Shown piece after piece: positions 1 to 10,855 of a stretch of DNA of 45,403 nucleotides (within the stretch, counting starts at the first letter, position 1; the number at the start of each line of letters is the position of its first letter). Under the pieces are notes generated by a model. The model searched no databases, had not been told where the DNA came from, and saw nothing but the letters and a program-made list of their open reading frames with translations. This DNA comes from Planctomycetota bacterium. GTDB taxonomy: Bacteria; Planctomycetota; Phycisphaerae; UBA1845; JANYLN01. The position numbers and the translations under genes are program-made. The DNA lies in contig JANYLN010000049.1 of the NCBI GenBank assembly GCA_025357795.1, forward strand, positions 1 to 45,403, given 5' to 3'.

Positions 1-150
1 GGAACGGAACCCAGCATCGCGCGCCACACCCGCGCCGTGTCTTTGTGGCCGTTGTTGTTGTGGTCGTAGCCGTTGTCGTACCTTCTTGGCAACCGGACCA
101 CCCAGCGGCCGTCAAGTGGCGCCGGAAGTGGCGCTTTCGCCTCCGGCATC

Positions 151-257
151 TGCACCCCGCCCAGCTCGCCCATCCAGCCCAGCTTCACGCCGCGCTCGCC
201 TGGCCCAGACCTGTTTGGTGGCGCCGTTGGTGGCAGACCCGCCGGCTCCAGTTTCCC
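151..257 (-). repeat. Dispersed ~110-bp repeat R1, copy 1
   Basis: 201-251 is the exact reverse complement of 17194-17244 (51 bp); similarity continues through the G-tract part (151-200 vs 17245-17290). Confidence 0.92.
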
Positions 258-389
258 TTGCGGTGGCTCCCCGTTTCACCCGATCCCCAGCGACCCCAAA
301 CCCGCATCCGCTTGCCCCCCGGCGCAACACTCAGCACACCCCTCGTCATAGATAAGGGATGGCCGCTATCCAATAACAGTTAAGTGTAG

Positions 390-1034
390 TTATCCCAGTA
401 CCTTGGCTCGGACGTAGTCGATCACCTCGGTGCAAGCGCGATTCGCCTCGGTCTGCTGGTGGGCAACCTCTTCGCGGATGCGGACTTGCTCCCCGGCCGC
501 CAGGTCCGGCGAGCTGAGGTTGGCGTAGACGGTCCACGCAGCTGCCTCAGCCGCCGCAAGGGTCATGTGCGCGGCCCCCGCCAGGTCCGTCCACAGGTAC
601 CGGCTGGACAGTGGGGCCAACGCAGCCATATCCCGCAGACACGCGGCGCACGTCGCCAGGATCTGGCTCGGAATCGCCAGCGCAGCCGTCAGGGCCAACA
701 CCTTCTGCTCCGCCGAGGCAGGGTCGTTCGCTTCGAGACGGGAGGCCTTCCGCCAAAGATCGTAAGCTGCGATGTCTTCAGCAATTAGCCCCGCCAGCAA
801 CTTCGCCCCACGCTCCAGCCGGCTCATCGCATGCACGATCGGCTCCGACCCGCTCCCTTGCTTTTGGGCTCGCTTCAGAGCGAAGGTGGCGACCATATGC
901 CCAAGGTTCACACCGATCGAGCCGGTCAACGCCGCCGCGCTGCCGCCCCCCGGCATGGACGAGTTGCTCCCCAGGTCAGCCAGGAACTGCTGCATCGGTA
1001 ACGAGAGGTAGTCCTTCTCCGTTGCATCGCTCAT
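390..1034 (-). CDS. Formiminotransferase-cyclodeaminase (FTCD C-terminal)/methenyl-THF cyclohydrolase family protein
   Basis: N-terminal FLADLGSNSSMPGGGSAAALTGSIG signature, all-helical ~214 aa; ATG at 1034 chosen over the ORF-track start. Confidence 0.8.
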   Translation of the reverse strand: MSDATEKDYLSLPMQQFLADLGSNSSMPGGGSAAALTGSIGVNLGHMVATFALKRAQKQGSGSEPIVHAMSRLERGAKLLAGLIAEDIAAYDLWRKASRLEANDPASAEQKVLALTAALAIPSQILATCAACLRDMAALAPLSSRYLWTDLAGAAHMTLAAAEAAAWTVYANLSSPDLAAGEQVRIREEVAHQQTEANRACTEVIDYVRAKVLG

Positions 1035-1103
1035 GTGTGGGTTCCGTTGTCTAAAAAAGTGTAAGGACCGGCCGGGCCACGATTTACCGCGCCTGGCCAA
1101 ATT

Positions 1104-3950
1104 CTATCGCCCAGCGCCCGGCGTTGCCTCCCTGGCCGGCTGGGTTTGCGCAGGTTGCGTCTGGGCGGATTCGATAACTGCCGTGTAGCCCTTGACTTGC
1201 ACCGCCTTGGGGTCGGGGGTGATCACGACGATCACCGGATTGGCCAGGAATTTCCGCCCGACTCGCTGCACGTCATCCATCTGGATCGACTCCATGACCT
1301 CGGGCAACTTATCGGAGAAGGCATATCCCAATCCATAAAGCTCGTCCAGAGCAGCCATTGCCGCTCGCTCGCTGTTGGTCTGCCGATCCAGGAGCTGGGT
1401 CGTCAGGATGACCCCCTTGGCCCGCTCAAGTTCCTCCGGGTCGAACTTGCCTTCCTGGGCCTTGGTCATCAGGTCCAGCACGATCGAGATCACCTTGCTC
1501 ACCTGCTCGGGCTGTGTGCCGGCGTAAACCGGGAAGAAGCCACCAGTTAGGCCCGTCCAGTTGATGCCGTGGACCTCGTAGACATACTTGCTCGTGCCCC
1601 CACGAAGCGCTTCGTGCAGCCAACCCGACGGCATCTGGTAGCCCGAGACGATAGTGTCGAGCGTGGTCATCGCCCAGCGGTCTTTCACTTCCGCGTAACC
1701 TACGGACGGGTAAGCAATTGCCACGCCGGCGACCTGGCGGTCCGGGGACTTGGCCTTGATGAACAGCTTGTCAGGATTGGCGTTGCCGGCGACGGAAAGC
1801 CCTGCATCCAGTCCCCCCGGACGACCCGGAACGAGTCGGCCAAAGAGCTGACGCACCTCTTTTTCGACCGCGGCATCATCAATATCGCCGAAAATCGCGA
1901 GGATCGACCCCGCCCCGGTCACGCTGCGAGCGTGCCACTGGCGAAGATCGTCCGAGGTAAGTCTGGTGACAGAGCTGATCTGGCCTATCGGGTCCATCGA
2001 GTAAGGGTGCTGGCCAAAGTACTTACGGCGGACGTACTGGAGCAGCTCGCTCCGCCAATTCTCATCCATTGCACGGATCTGGTCCAGGATGGGCTGGCGG
2101 ACCTCCTCAACGGCCTCAGGTTTCAAGGCCGGATCGAGCACGACCTCAGCGAAGACGGGCAGGGCATCAGCGAGGTTCTCAGAGAGGACTTCAGCCTTAT
2201 AGAAAAAGGTATTGGAGCCCGCCCCGGTCTCGACAGCCGCCCCGATCGAATCGAAGAAGTCCGCGATCTGCTCGCCCGTGCGGGTCTTGGTGCCGCGGAG
2301 GCTCGCCTCGGCCATAAGGTTAGTGATGCCATTGTTTTGCGGCGTTTCGGCGAGCACCCCGCCCAAGGCGTAGAACTGGATCGAAACGGTGGGCGTGGCC
2401 GGATTCTTCTGCAGCAGAACGCGCAGACCGTTGTCGAGTTTTATCATCCGAATCTCACCAGGCTGGCCGAGCGCCTTGGCGGCGGTGGCTTGTTCCCACT
2501 GGGTGAGGTCGGCTTGGCGGGGAGCGACCAGGACGCTGACGAGGTTATCGGACCGCAGGTACTTGTGGGCAACTCGCTGGATATCTTCGGCCGAGACCTT
2601 CTGGATCTGTTCGACGTAGCTGGCGGAGAAATGCGGGTCGCCTGTGGACATCAAATCGGTCGCGAGCATCGCACCAAGGGTATCGACCTTTTGGAGGCTC
2701 TGGACGTACTCGGCGACCTTCTGGCGCTTCGCCTTGGCGAGTTCCTCCTTGCTGGCCGGCTCGTTGGCGAGTTTGGCGACGGCCTCGATCACGGCCTGGC
2801 GGACTTTCAGCAGGTTTGCAGGCAGGCAGCGGACCTGGACCTCAAAAACGCCGCGGGACCACTCGGGGGTCCAGCTGGCACCGCCCAGGGACAGGGCCAG
2901 GCGCTGGCGGTAGACCAGGTCACTGGTCAGCCGGGCGCTCGGGCCGGTCGTGAGGATGAAACTGGCCAGGTCGAGGGCGTAGAGGTCCGGGTCGGTCAGC
3001 CGAATCGAGGGCCAGCCCATAGTAAGGATGGCGGCGTTGAGTTCCATCTGTTTGGTCGCGCTGCGAGGCGAGACGATCTGCGGGGCCTCGGGCAGGGTCA
3101 CCAGGTTGAGGGGCCTGCGGGCGAAATCGCTGAAGTACTTGATAACACTGGTCATAGCCTGGTCCAGGTCGATGTCGCCGCAGATGCTGACGATGACGTT
3201 GTCGGGAATGTAACGGCTGCGCCAGTAGTTAACCACGTCCTGCTTGGTCAGGGCCTGGATGTTCTGCTTGTAGCCAATGACGGGGAACTGGGCGGGGTGT
3301 CCGGCGAATAGGATCTTCATTGTCAGCTGGTGGAGCTGGGTTTCGGGGTCGTCGAGGGAGCGTTCCAGTTCGCGCTGGACAACGCCCAGTTCACGCTGGA
3401 ACTCGCTGTCGGGGAAACTCGCCCGGGTGATCCAGTCGGAGAGCAGGTCGACGGCGGTATCGAGGTACTTGCCTGCGGTGTTGATGTAATAGCAGGTGTG
3501 GTCGTAGGTTGTGTATGCGTTACTGTCCCCGCCGATCTTGAGCAACAGTTCGCGGCTTTTCTCCTCGGAGCGGGTGGTGGTGCTGCCCCCCGCAAGCAGG
3601 TGCTCGAAGAGGTGGCTCAGGCCCGTGCCCAGGTAGGGGTCTTCGTAGATACTGCCGGTCCGCACGTACATACGGACGGAAACGATGGGGGCGACCTTAT
3701 ATTGCTTGAGAATCACGCGCATGCCGTTGGAGAGGACGGCGACCCGTTCGTCGGGGCGGTCGACCAGCAGGGCGTTCACGAGCAGCGCCTCGCTGGGCTG
3801 GCTGCTCGGGGGCATGAACTTCTGCAGGGAGACGGTGCCCTGCGGCTGGGAGGCGGGGGCGGCCGGCTGGGCAAACGAAGTCGCGACAACGAGCGATGAC
3901 AGAAGAGCACAGCAGACGACGACGGCAACGACGTTTTGTCTTGGCATCAC
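1104..3950 (-). CDS. M16 family zinc peptidase (pitrilysin/PqqL-like), exported
   Basis: Signal-peptide-like N-terminus; inverted zinc motif HLFEH, NAYT, and a second degenerate M16 half (LDNGLRVLL...). Confidence 0.92.
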   Translation of the reverse strand: MMPRQNVVAVVVCCALLSSLVVATSFAQPAAPASQPQGTVSLQKFMPPSSQPSEALLVNALLVDRPDERVAVLSNGMRVILKQYKVAPIVSVRMYVRTGSIYEDPYLGTGLSHLFEHLLAGGSTTTRSEEKSRELLLKIGGDSNAYTTYDHTCYYINTAGKYLDTAVDLLSDWITRASFPDSEFQRELGVVQRELERSLDDPETQLHQLTMKILFAGHPAQFPVIGYKQNIQALTKQDVVNYWRSRYIPDNVIVSICGDIDLDQAMTSVIKYFSDFARRPLNLVTLPEAPQIVSPRSATKQMELNAAILTMGWPSIRLTDPDLYALDLASFILTTGPSARLTSDLVYRQRLALSLGGASWTPEWSRGVFEVQVRCLPANLLKVRQAVIEAVAKLANEPASKEELAKAKRQKVAEYVQSLQKVDTLGAMLATDLMSTGDPHFSASYVEQIQKVSAEDIQRVAHKYLRSDNLVSVLVAPRQADLTQWEQATAAKALGQPGEIRMIKLDNGLRVLLQKNPATPTVSIQFYALGGVLAETPQNNGITNLMAEASLRGTKTRTGEQIADFFDSIGAAVETGAGSNTFFYKAEVLSENLADALPVFAEVVLDPALKPEAVEEVRQPILDQIRAMDENWRSELLQYVRRKYFGQHPYSMDPIGQISSVTRLTSDDLRQWHARSVTGAGSILAIFGDIDDAAVEKEVRQLFGRLVPGRPGGLDAGLSVAGNANPDKLFIKAKSPDRQVAGVAIAYPSVGYAEVKDRWAMTTLDTIVSGYQMPSGWLHEALRGGTSKYVYEVHGINWTGLTGGFFPVYAGTQPEQVSKVISIVLDLMTKAQEGKFDPEELERAKGVILTTQLLDRQTNSERAAMAALDELYGLGYAFSDKLPEVMESIQMDDVQRVGRKFLANPVIVVITPDPKAVQVKGYTAVIESAQTQPAQTQPAREATPGAGR

Positions 3951-4081
3951 ATCCGCTCCGATTCATGGCTGAAAATTATGACAGTTTCATGCTTGTTCTA
4001 TTGTAGGGCAGCCGACGACGGCCAAGGTCCGTATAAAAACACCGGCCATGGCATGTGGACGAGGCTGGCAGGGGCGTCGGG

Positions 4082-4555
4082 TTACTTGTTGGGTTGGCCG
4101 AGGGCGCGTTCGAGTTCCTCGAGGTAGGTCAGGGTTCGGTCGAGTTCGTTCTGCAGGTGACGCAGCCGCAGCAGCGTGCTGACCCGGCTGACCAGTTCGA
4201 CTCGCTTGATCGGCTTGACCAGGTAGTCATCCGAGCCGACCTCGACGCCGCGCTCGATGTCAGCCAGTTCGTCCAGGGCGGTGACCATGATGACCGGGAT
4301 CAGCTTGGTGGCTGGGTCGGCCTTGAGTTTCCGACAGACTTCGTAGCCGCTCATCCGGGGCATCATGATGTCCAGCAGGACCAGGTCGGGCCGATCGGCG
4401 GCAACCTTCTTGAGGGCCTCCTCGCCATCGCCGGCGGTCATGATGGTCACCTGTGGCAGGTCCTCCAGGTAGGCGTGCAGTAGCTCGACCATCTGGGGGT
4501 TGTCATCGACGATGAGCACCTTGCTGGACGGAATCGGCTTTTCCTGTTCCGACAT
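4082..4555 (-). CDS. Response regulator receiver protein with short C-terminal coiled coil
   Basis: LIVDD, DLVLLDIMMP, MVTA and DDYLVKP REC motifs. Confidence 0.92.
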   Translation of the reverse strand: MSEQEKPIPSSKVLIVDDNPQMVELLHAYLEDLPQVTIMTAGDGEEALKKVAADRPDLVLLDIMMPRMSGYEVCRKLKADPATKLIPVIMVTALDELADIERGVEVGSDDYLVKPIKRVELVSRVSTLLRLRHLQNELDRTLTYLEELERALGQPNK

Positions 4556-5337
4556 ATCGGGATCCTCTCGAAGGCGCAGCTGCCATCTCTCTCTATAACA
4601 GACTATGGTCGGAGCATTATAGCGATCTTCGAGGGTACGTCAGGTGGTTCAGGCAAAGAGTACACCGCCTTCCAGAACAGACCAAGGCTAGGATCAGCCT
4701 CATCAACCGGAAGCAGAGCGCGGGACTGAGCGTTGAAGAATGAGGAACGACAACCGCAGAAGGGACCGACCGCGGGATTTTTCGCTACCACATAGTGTAC
4801 CGATTTCGGGATATTAATAGGGAGATCCTGAGGCAGAAACCCCTATTTCGATCGGCGGGGCCAGATCCGGGGCGGCGTATGGTTAGGCGATGCCGCGGGA
4901 AAGGTGATCGAGGTGAGCCAAACGGGGGAGTTATAGGACGAGCGGACTAGGAGGTACCTGCGTGGTGAGGTTGTGGCCGAACGTAGGTCCGGCAAACAGC
5001 GAGGGCGTGGCAGTTGGCGGAAAAGGTTTTCCCGGCCGCTTTTTCAGGATCCCCGGCGTAGCAGTGTCGTACGGAAGCAGGAAAGGTGCGCAGTGCACGT
5101 CGCACACTTCTAACATGCCATTCATGCCATACATGAAGCACTGCTGATCCCTCAGGCCTGACTGTCAGCAACTCCAGAAGCGGTGCGGTGGGGGCGAAAT
5201 TCTTATGTGCCGAGCGAGTCAAGGGGGCTTGCGCCTCTGGCGTTCCGCTGAAGGGACATATATACTTTTCGTCTTAGCTCTGGCTGTATGTTGCCAATGT
5301 CACTACCAAAGGTTCCTTTGCGAGGGAAGTAGATCCT

Positions 5338-7956
5338 ATGAAGCGAGTACCGACGTGGATGTTCGCACTGATGGTCGTCGGCGTGCTGGGGGCCGCGACC
5401 TGTATGGCGCAGGTTCCAACCCCGGATTCCGCCTCCATCAGCGCAACGACAGGTGTAGCGGTGGCTAATGGCGGCCACAGGACGATCGAGTTGTGGCAGC
5501 CGTTGATCGGCGAGAAGTTCAACATTGGCGAGAAGATCGCCTTGTGTGTGAACGTGCTGATCGCCATCGCGGGCCTGATCTATGCCTTGATGCTGGTCGG
5601 GCAGATCAAGGGCGCGGATCAGGGCACAAAGAAGATGCAGGAGATTGCCCAGGCGGTCCGGGAAGGGGCGAATGCCTACCTCGGCCGGCAGTTCCGGGTG
5701 GTCGGTGTGCTGATCGTGATCGTCACGATCGCCCTGTACTATGCCGCGAAGGCCTCGGGCGCGGAATCGGTGATTTCGTACGGCCGCGCGGTTGCGTTCC
5801 TGGCTGGCTCGATTTTCTCGGCGACGGTGGGCTTTGTGGGCATGCGGCTGGCGACCACCGGCAACCTCCGCGTGGCGGCTGCGGCCCGCACGAGCTTCGG
5901 CAACGCCCTGCAGCTGGGCTATCGCACCGGCACGATCACGGGCATGTTGACGGATGGCTTGGGCCTGCTGGGCGGTTCGATCATCTTCCTGATTTACGGC
6001 GAGCACGCGTACGAGGCCCTGCTGGGCTTTGGCTTCGGCGGCACGTTGCTGGCGCTGTTCATGCGAGTCGGCGGCGGCATTTACACCAAGGCCGCGGACG
6101 TTGGCGCGGACTTGGTCGGCAAGGTTGAGGCCGGCATTCCTGAGGACGATCCTCGCAATGCCGCGACGATCGCCGACAACGTCGGTGACAACGTCGGCGA
6201 CTGCGCCGGTATGGCCGCTGACATTTTCGAGTCGTACGAAGTGACGATGGTGGCGGCGATGATTCTAGGTATCGCCTCGTTCGGTCACAAGGGCGTGATC
6301 TTCCCGCTGCTGGTCCGTGCGATCGGTGTGATTGCCTCGATCATCAGTACGTACAGCGTCCGCGCGGGCGACAAGGGCTCGGTTTCCGAGGCTATGAAGA
6401 GCGTCAACAGGGGCTTCGTGATCGGTTCGGCCCTGAGCATCCTGGGCTTCCTGGCCCTGGGCGTGGTGTACCTGCACTTCTCGCCGGCATATCTGCTGGC
6501 CTACCCGCAGGCAGCGGCGGGCTTCCCGGGGCATGACCCGGCCAATCTGCCGGCCTGGCAGAACCTGGGCGGCATGTTCGGAGCGGGGCTGGACATGCGG
6601 CCGGCCTGGACGTGCCTGATCGGTATCTTGCTGGCGGTTTGCCTGAACAAGGTGACCGAGTACTTCACGGGCACCGAGTACAGCCCGGTCAAGAGCTTGG
6701 CGAAGAGCTGCCAGACGGGCCATGCAACCAACATCATCCAGGGCTTCGCGGTCGGCTATGAGTCCACCGTGGCGGCCGTGCTGGTGATTGCTGCGGCGAT
6801 CCTGGCGTCGGTGGTGATCTACGCCGGCACGAACGCGACGTTCGTGGCCTTTGGCGTGGCGATGTGCGGCATCGGCATGCTGACGCTGACGGGCAACACC
6901 ATTTCGATGGACGTGTTCGGCCCGGTGGCGGACAACGCCAATGGCATCGGCGAGATGGGCTACGACAGGGCGGAGATGGGCGAGGTGCAGTACAAGAATG
7001 CTCGCCAGATCCTGTCTGACCTGGATGCGGTGGGCAACACCACCAAGGCCATCACCAAGGGTATCGCTATCGGCTCGGCGGTCATTGCGGCTGTCTCGCT
7101 GTTCAACTCATTCATTGTGTCGGTCGGCTCGGGCGGCCAGGGCGAAAGCGCCCTGATCGCTGAGGAAACGTACAGCAAGGTGGCGTCGATGCTGACGATC
7201 AGCGATCCGCGGCTGTTCATCGGTATGCTGATCGGCGGCGCGGTGCCGTTCCTGTTCAGTTCGATGACGATTCGCGCGGTCGGTCGCGCGGCGTTCCTGA
7301 TCGTCAAGGAAGTTCGCATCCAGTTCCGTGACAAGGCGATCTGGGAAGGCACCAAGAAGCCCAACTATGGCCGCGTGGTGGACATCTGCACGGCGGCGGC
7401 CCAGAAGGAACTCATCGGGCCGGGACTGTTGGCCCTGCTGGCGCCGGTGCTGGTCGGCTTTACCCTGGGTGTGGTTCCGTTGGCCGGCTTCCTGGGCGGT
7501 ATGATCGTAACGGGCCAGTTGCTGGCGGTCTTCATGGCCAATGCCGGCGGCGCGTGGGACAACGCCAAGAAGATGATCGAAGACGAGCCGAAGGACATGG
7601 TTGCCAATACGGGCAAGGGCAGCGAGAAGCATAAGGCTGCCGTGACCGGCGATACGGTCGGCGATCCGCTGAAGGACACGGCCGGCCCGGCCATCAACCC
7701 GCTGATCAAGGTCATGAACATGGTCAGCTTGCTGATCGTTGCTCTGATCCTGCCGTACGACAAGGTCATGGTCGAGGCCCTGCAGAAGCTGGGCGTGAAC
7801 GTGACGTTCAAGCCGATGGACAAGATGTTCTGGATCATCGTCACGGTTTGCGTGGTGGGCCTGGTGTGGGCTCAGTGGCAGTCCAAGCGTGAGAGCAAAG
7901 AGCTGATGGAGATAGAACAGGAAGTCGCCAAGGCCGAGACCGTCGGCGCCAAGTAG
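5338..7956 (+). CDS. hppA: Membrane-integral pyrophosphatase (H+-PPase; K+-independent signature, probably the divergent subfamily)
   Basis: GGIYTKAADVGADLVGKVE, DNVGDNVGD, GNTTKA, GGAWDNAKK and GDTVGDPLKDTAGP motifs. Confidence 0.97.
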   Translation: MKRVPTWMFALMVVGVLGAATCMAQVPTPDSASISATTGVAVANGGHRTIELWQPLIGEKFNIGEKIALCVNVLIAIAGLIYALMLVGQIKGADQGTKKMQEIAQAVREGANAYLGRQFRVVGVLIVIVTIALYYAAKASGAESVISYGRAVAFLAGSIFSATVGFVGMRLATTGNLRVAAAARTSFGNALQLGYRTGTITGMLTDGLGLLGGSIIFLIYGEHAYEALLGFGFGGTLLALFMRVGGGIYTKAADVGADLVGKVEAGIPEDDPRNAATIADNVGDNVGDCAGMAADIFESYEVTMVAAMILGIASFGHKGVIFPLLVRAIGVIASIISTYSVRAGDKGSVSEAMKSVNRGFVIGSALSILGFLALGVVYLHFSPAYLLAYPQAAAGFPGHDPANLPAWQNLGGMFGAGLDMRPAWTCLIGILLAVCLNKVTEYFTGTEYSPVKSLAKSCQTGHATNIIQGFAVGYESTVAAVLVIAAAILASVVIYAGTNATFVAFGVAMCGIGMLTLTGNTISMDVFGPVADNANGIGEMGYDRAEMGEVQYKNARQILSDLDAVGNTTKAITKGIAIGSAVIAAVSLFNSFIVSVGSGGQGESALIAEETYSKVASMLTISDPRLFIGMLIGGAVPFLFSSMTIRAVGRAAFLIVKEVRIQFRDKAIWEGTKKPNYGRVVDICTAAAQKELIGPGLLALLAPVLVGFTLGVVPLAGFLGGMIVTGQLLAVFMANAGGAWDNAKKMIEDEPKDMVANTGKGSEKHKAAVTGDTVGDPLKDTAGPAINPLIKVMNMVSLLIVALILPYDKVMVEALQKLGVNVTFKPMDKMFWIIVTVCVVGLVWAQWQSKRESKELMEIEQEVAKAETVGAK

Positions 7957-7993
7957 GAACGGCAAGAGATTGCCGGACTCACTGAAAAAGACC

Positions 7994-8030
7994 AAAGGGC
8001 TCGTCTGTCGAAAGGCAGACGAGCCCTTTT
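7994..8030 (+). terminator. Intrinsic terminator after hppA
   Basis: aaagggctcgtctg..cagacgagcccttt stem followed by T-run. Confidence 0.85.
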
Positions 8031-8439
8031 CCTTTGGGGCAGCGCTGGTCGTTGGTTGTTACGGACGCGGATGCACGCGGACAATAACCACCACGGCCAC
8101 AGCAGCAGAAAACACGGCGCCCTTGGATTGCGCTGGAGGACAAGCCGGTAAAGCCGGGACTCAGAACGCTGGCGCCGAGGGGGCAATCTTTCCGAGTGGG
8201 TGAAGGGCCTCACCTATGGTGTTTCCGGGAGCCTGGTTGGTTATCGGACGCCGGAGCGTTCGTGGGCTCAGCCGGCGGGAATCGGGCCGTCGCGGCCAAG
8301 TGTGGCGGGGCGGCAAGTGTTTGGGTTGCCGGCTTTGATTTACGGGCGGGTTTCGAGCATACTATAACGTCGGCTTGGTTCTGCGGTTGACGGTATCGCG
8401 GCAAGACGTGCTCGTCCTTCGATTCCGATGCCCGTGGGG

Positions 8440-8468
8440 TTGACTTGGCCGCTGGTGGCGGCTACCTT
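8440..8468 (+). promoter_or_regulatory. Putative sigma70 promoter of the rpmF-plsX-fab operon
   Basis: TTGACT-17bp-TACCTT. Confidence 0.45.
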
Positions 8469-8606
8469 CTTCGGCTTACACTGCGCGGTAGCTGTTGATA
8501 CAGTGTGCTTTCCGACACGTCGACGGCCTGGAAACCGAGGTTGTTTCCACCCGTGCTAAAGAATGGTGACTGTTAGGGTTACGTTTTTCTTCCATAGAGG
8601 TGATCG

Positions 8607-8789
8607 ATGTTACCGCAATTTAAGACCAGCCGGTCCCGCAAGCGTCTGCGTCGTTCGCACCACGCGCTGAAGCCGACGAATGTCGCGTTCTGCGCAAAGT
8701 GCAGCCAGCCGAAATTACCCCATGCCGCCTGTGACAACTGCGGCTACGTGAACGCCAAGGTGGCGATCCCGGTCAAGGAAGAGGAGTAG
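8607..8789 (+). CDS. rpmF: 50S ribosomal protein L32 (Zn-ribbon, C+ form)
   Basis: KTSRSRKRLRRSH, CAKC..KLPHAACDNCGY; directly upstream of plsX. Confidence 0.96.
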   Translation: MLPQFKTSRSRKRLRRSHHALKPTNVAFCAKCSQPKLPHAACDNCGYVNAKVAIPVKEEE

Positions 8790-8796
8790 GACTCAC

Positions 8797-9810
8797 ATGC
8801 GCATCGCAGTGGATGCGATGGGCGGTGACCATGCGCCTCGCGAGATCGTTCGCGGCGCGGCCGAGGGGCTCTCATTCCTCGGTCCGCAGGACGAGCTGGT
8901 CCTGATCGGGGATGTCAAGGTTATCGAGGCCGAGTTGGCTGCGGTCAACGGTCACTCCAACCGGATCGTTATCGAGCCGGCGAGCCAGGTCATTGGCATG
9001 GACGAAGAGCCGGTCGAGGCCCTGCGCAAGAAGAGAGACAGCAGCATCGTCAAGATGGTCGCGCTGCATGCGGCCAGGAAGGTCGATGCGGTCATCAGCG
9101 CGGGCAACACGGGGGCATGCGCGGCGGCGGCGCAGCTGGGTCTGCGGACGATTCCCGGCGTGAGCCGGGCGGGCATCGCGATCGTGCTGCCGACGTTTGC
9201 GGGTGTGTCCGTGGTGTGCGACGTGGGTGCCAATGTTTCGCCCAAGCCCCATCACCTGTACCAGTACGCGCTGATGGGGTCGGTCTACGCCAAGGCGGTC
9301 CTGGGGCTGGATCCCAAGGTGGGCCTTTTGAGCGTCGGCGAAGAGGACGAGAAGGGCAACACCCTGGTCCACAAGGCGCGAGAGCTGATCAAGGCGGATC
9401 CGTTCCTGCACTATGCCCGCAATGTCGAAGGACGCGACCTGATCTACGGCAACTGTGCCAACGTGGTCATCTGCGACGGCTTCGTGGGCAACGTGGCGTT
9501 GAAGATCATCGAAGGCCTGGTCGAAGGGATCATCGCCAACGTCAGCAAGTCGGTGGCCGGGGCGGTGCCCGAGGTGGCCGAGAAGATCAATGCCGCCCTC
9601 AAGAGCGTCTTCAGCAAGCTGGACTACAGCGAGTATGGCGGCGCACCGCTGCTGGGGGTCGATGGGGTGATGATGATCTGCCACGGCCGCAGCGATCATC
9701 GCGCAATTGCCAACGCCGTGCGATCGGCCGGGGAGTTCGTCAAGGCGGGCGTGAACAAGGTCATTGCAGGCCACTTGGCCAAAGGGGTTGGCGTTGTTGG
9801 ACAAGATTGA
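8797..9810 (+). CDS. plsX: Phosphate acyltransferase PlsX
   Basis: MRIAVDAMGGDHAP, SAGNTGA, CDGFVGNVALK, YGGAPLLG. Confidence 0.97.
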   Translation: MRIAVDAMGGDHAPREIVRGAAEGLSFLGPQDELVLIGDVKVIEAELAAVNGHSNRIVIEPASQVIGMDEEPVEALRKKRDSSIVKMVALHAARKVDAVISAGNTGACAAAAQLGLRTIPGVSRAGIAIVLPTFAGVSVVCDVGANVSPKPHHLYQYALMGSVYAKAVLGLDPKVGLLSVGEEDEKGNTLVHKARELIKADPFLHYARNVEGRDLIYGNCANVVICDGFVGNVALKIIEGLVEGIIANVSKSVAGAVPEVAEKINAALKSVFSKLDYSEYGGAPLLGVDGVMMICHGRSDHRAIANAVRSAGEFVKAGVNKVIAGHLAKGVGVVGQD

Positions 9811-10798
9811 GCGCCTGCCCGTGAGACTGCTGGGCACCGGCCATGCAGTTCCCTCCCGGGTGATGACCAATAACGATTTTGCGAAGTATCTGGATACGTC
9901 GGACGATTGGATCGTTGAGCGGACGGGGATCCGGGAGCGACGCATCGCCACGGATGGCGAGACGACGGCGCCGCTGGCGACGTCGGCCGGCCGGGCCGCT
10001 CTGGTCGAGGCCGGCATCGATCCCAAAGAGGTGGACTTGGTCATCTGCGGCACGGTCACGCCGGAGGTTCCGTTTCCGGCGACCGCGTGCTTCGTGCATC
10101 GCGATCTGGGTTGTGTGAACGCGGCGGCATTCGATATTTCCGCGGCCTGCAGCGGGTTTCTCTACTCGCTGATCACGGGCTCGAAGTTCCTGCAGGGCGG
10201 GACCTGGAAGACGGCCCTGATCATCGGCGTGGACTGCATGAGCCGCGTCAGCGACTACCAGGATCGCGGCAGCTGCATTCTCTTCGGAGACGGCGCGGGG
10301 GCCGTGCTGATTCGGCGGGCGAGTCTCTCCGACGGCAAGGGCATCCTGCATCACCGAATGTACGCCGACGGCAAGGGTGTGGAGATGCTGTATGTGCCGG
10401 CCGGTGGCACGCGTCGGCCCGCCAACGAGCAGACGGTCGCGGCTCGTGAGCACTACCTGCGGATGAATGGGCGGGAGATCTACAAGTTCGCCGTCAGCCG
10501 GATGCAGGAGATCATCGAGCAGACGCTCTGCGAGGCGGGTGTGCGGCCCGAGCAGGTGGATATGGTCATTCCGCACCAGTCGAACCTGCGGATCATCGAG
10601 TCGGCCCGGCAGAGGATCGGGTGGCCGAAAGAGAAGATGCTGATCAACATCGAACGGTACGGCAACACCTCGGCGGGCTCGATCGGCATCGGGCTGGACG
10701 AGTGCCGCAAGGACGGCCGAGTGAAAGAGGGCAGCCTGATCCTGCTGGTGGCCTTTGGTGCGGGGCTCACCTGGGCGTCGGCCCTGTGGCAGCTGTAG
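9797..10798 (+). CDS. fabH: 3-oxoacyl-ACP synthase III
   Basis: DISAACSGF, LFGDGAGA, PHQSN, YGNTSAGS; TTG start at 9794 or 9797 is uncertain. Confidence 0.96.
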   Translation: MDKIERLPVRLLGTGHAVPSRVMTNNDFAKYLDTSDDWIVERTGIRERRIATDGETTAPLATSAGRAALVEAGIDPKEVDLVICGTVTPEVPFPATACFVHRDLGCVNAAAFDISAACSGFLYSLITGSKFLQGGTWKTALIIGVDCMSRVSDYQDRGSCILFGDGAGAVLIRRASLSDGKGILHHRMYADGKGVEMLYVPAGGTRRPANEQTVAAREHYLRMNGREIYKFAVSRMQEIIEQTLCEAGVRPEQVDMVIPHQSNLRIIESARQRIGWPKEKMLINIERYGNTSAGSIGIGLDECRKDGRVKEGSLILLVAFGAGLTWASALWQL

Positions 10799-10855
10799 AA
10801 GGCTGGATTCCTCGTTTTTTCTTATCGTGTTCGCGAACGGCAATGGTGAGTAGGC

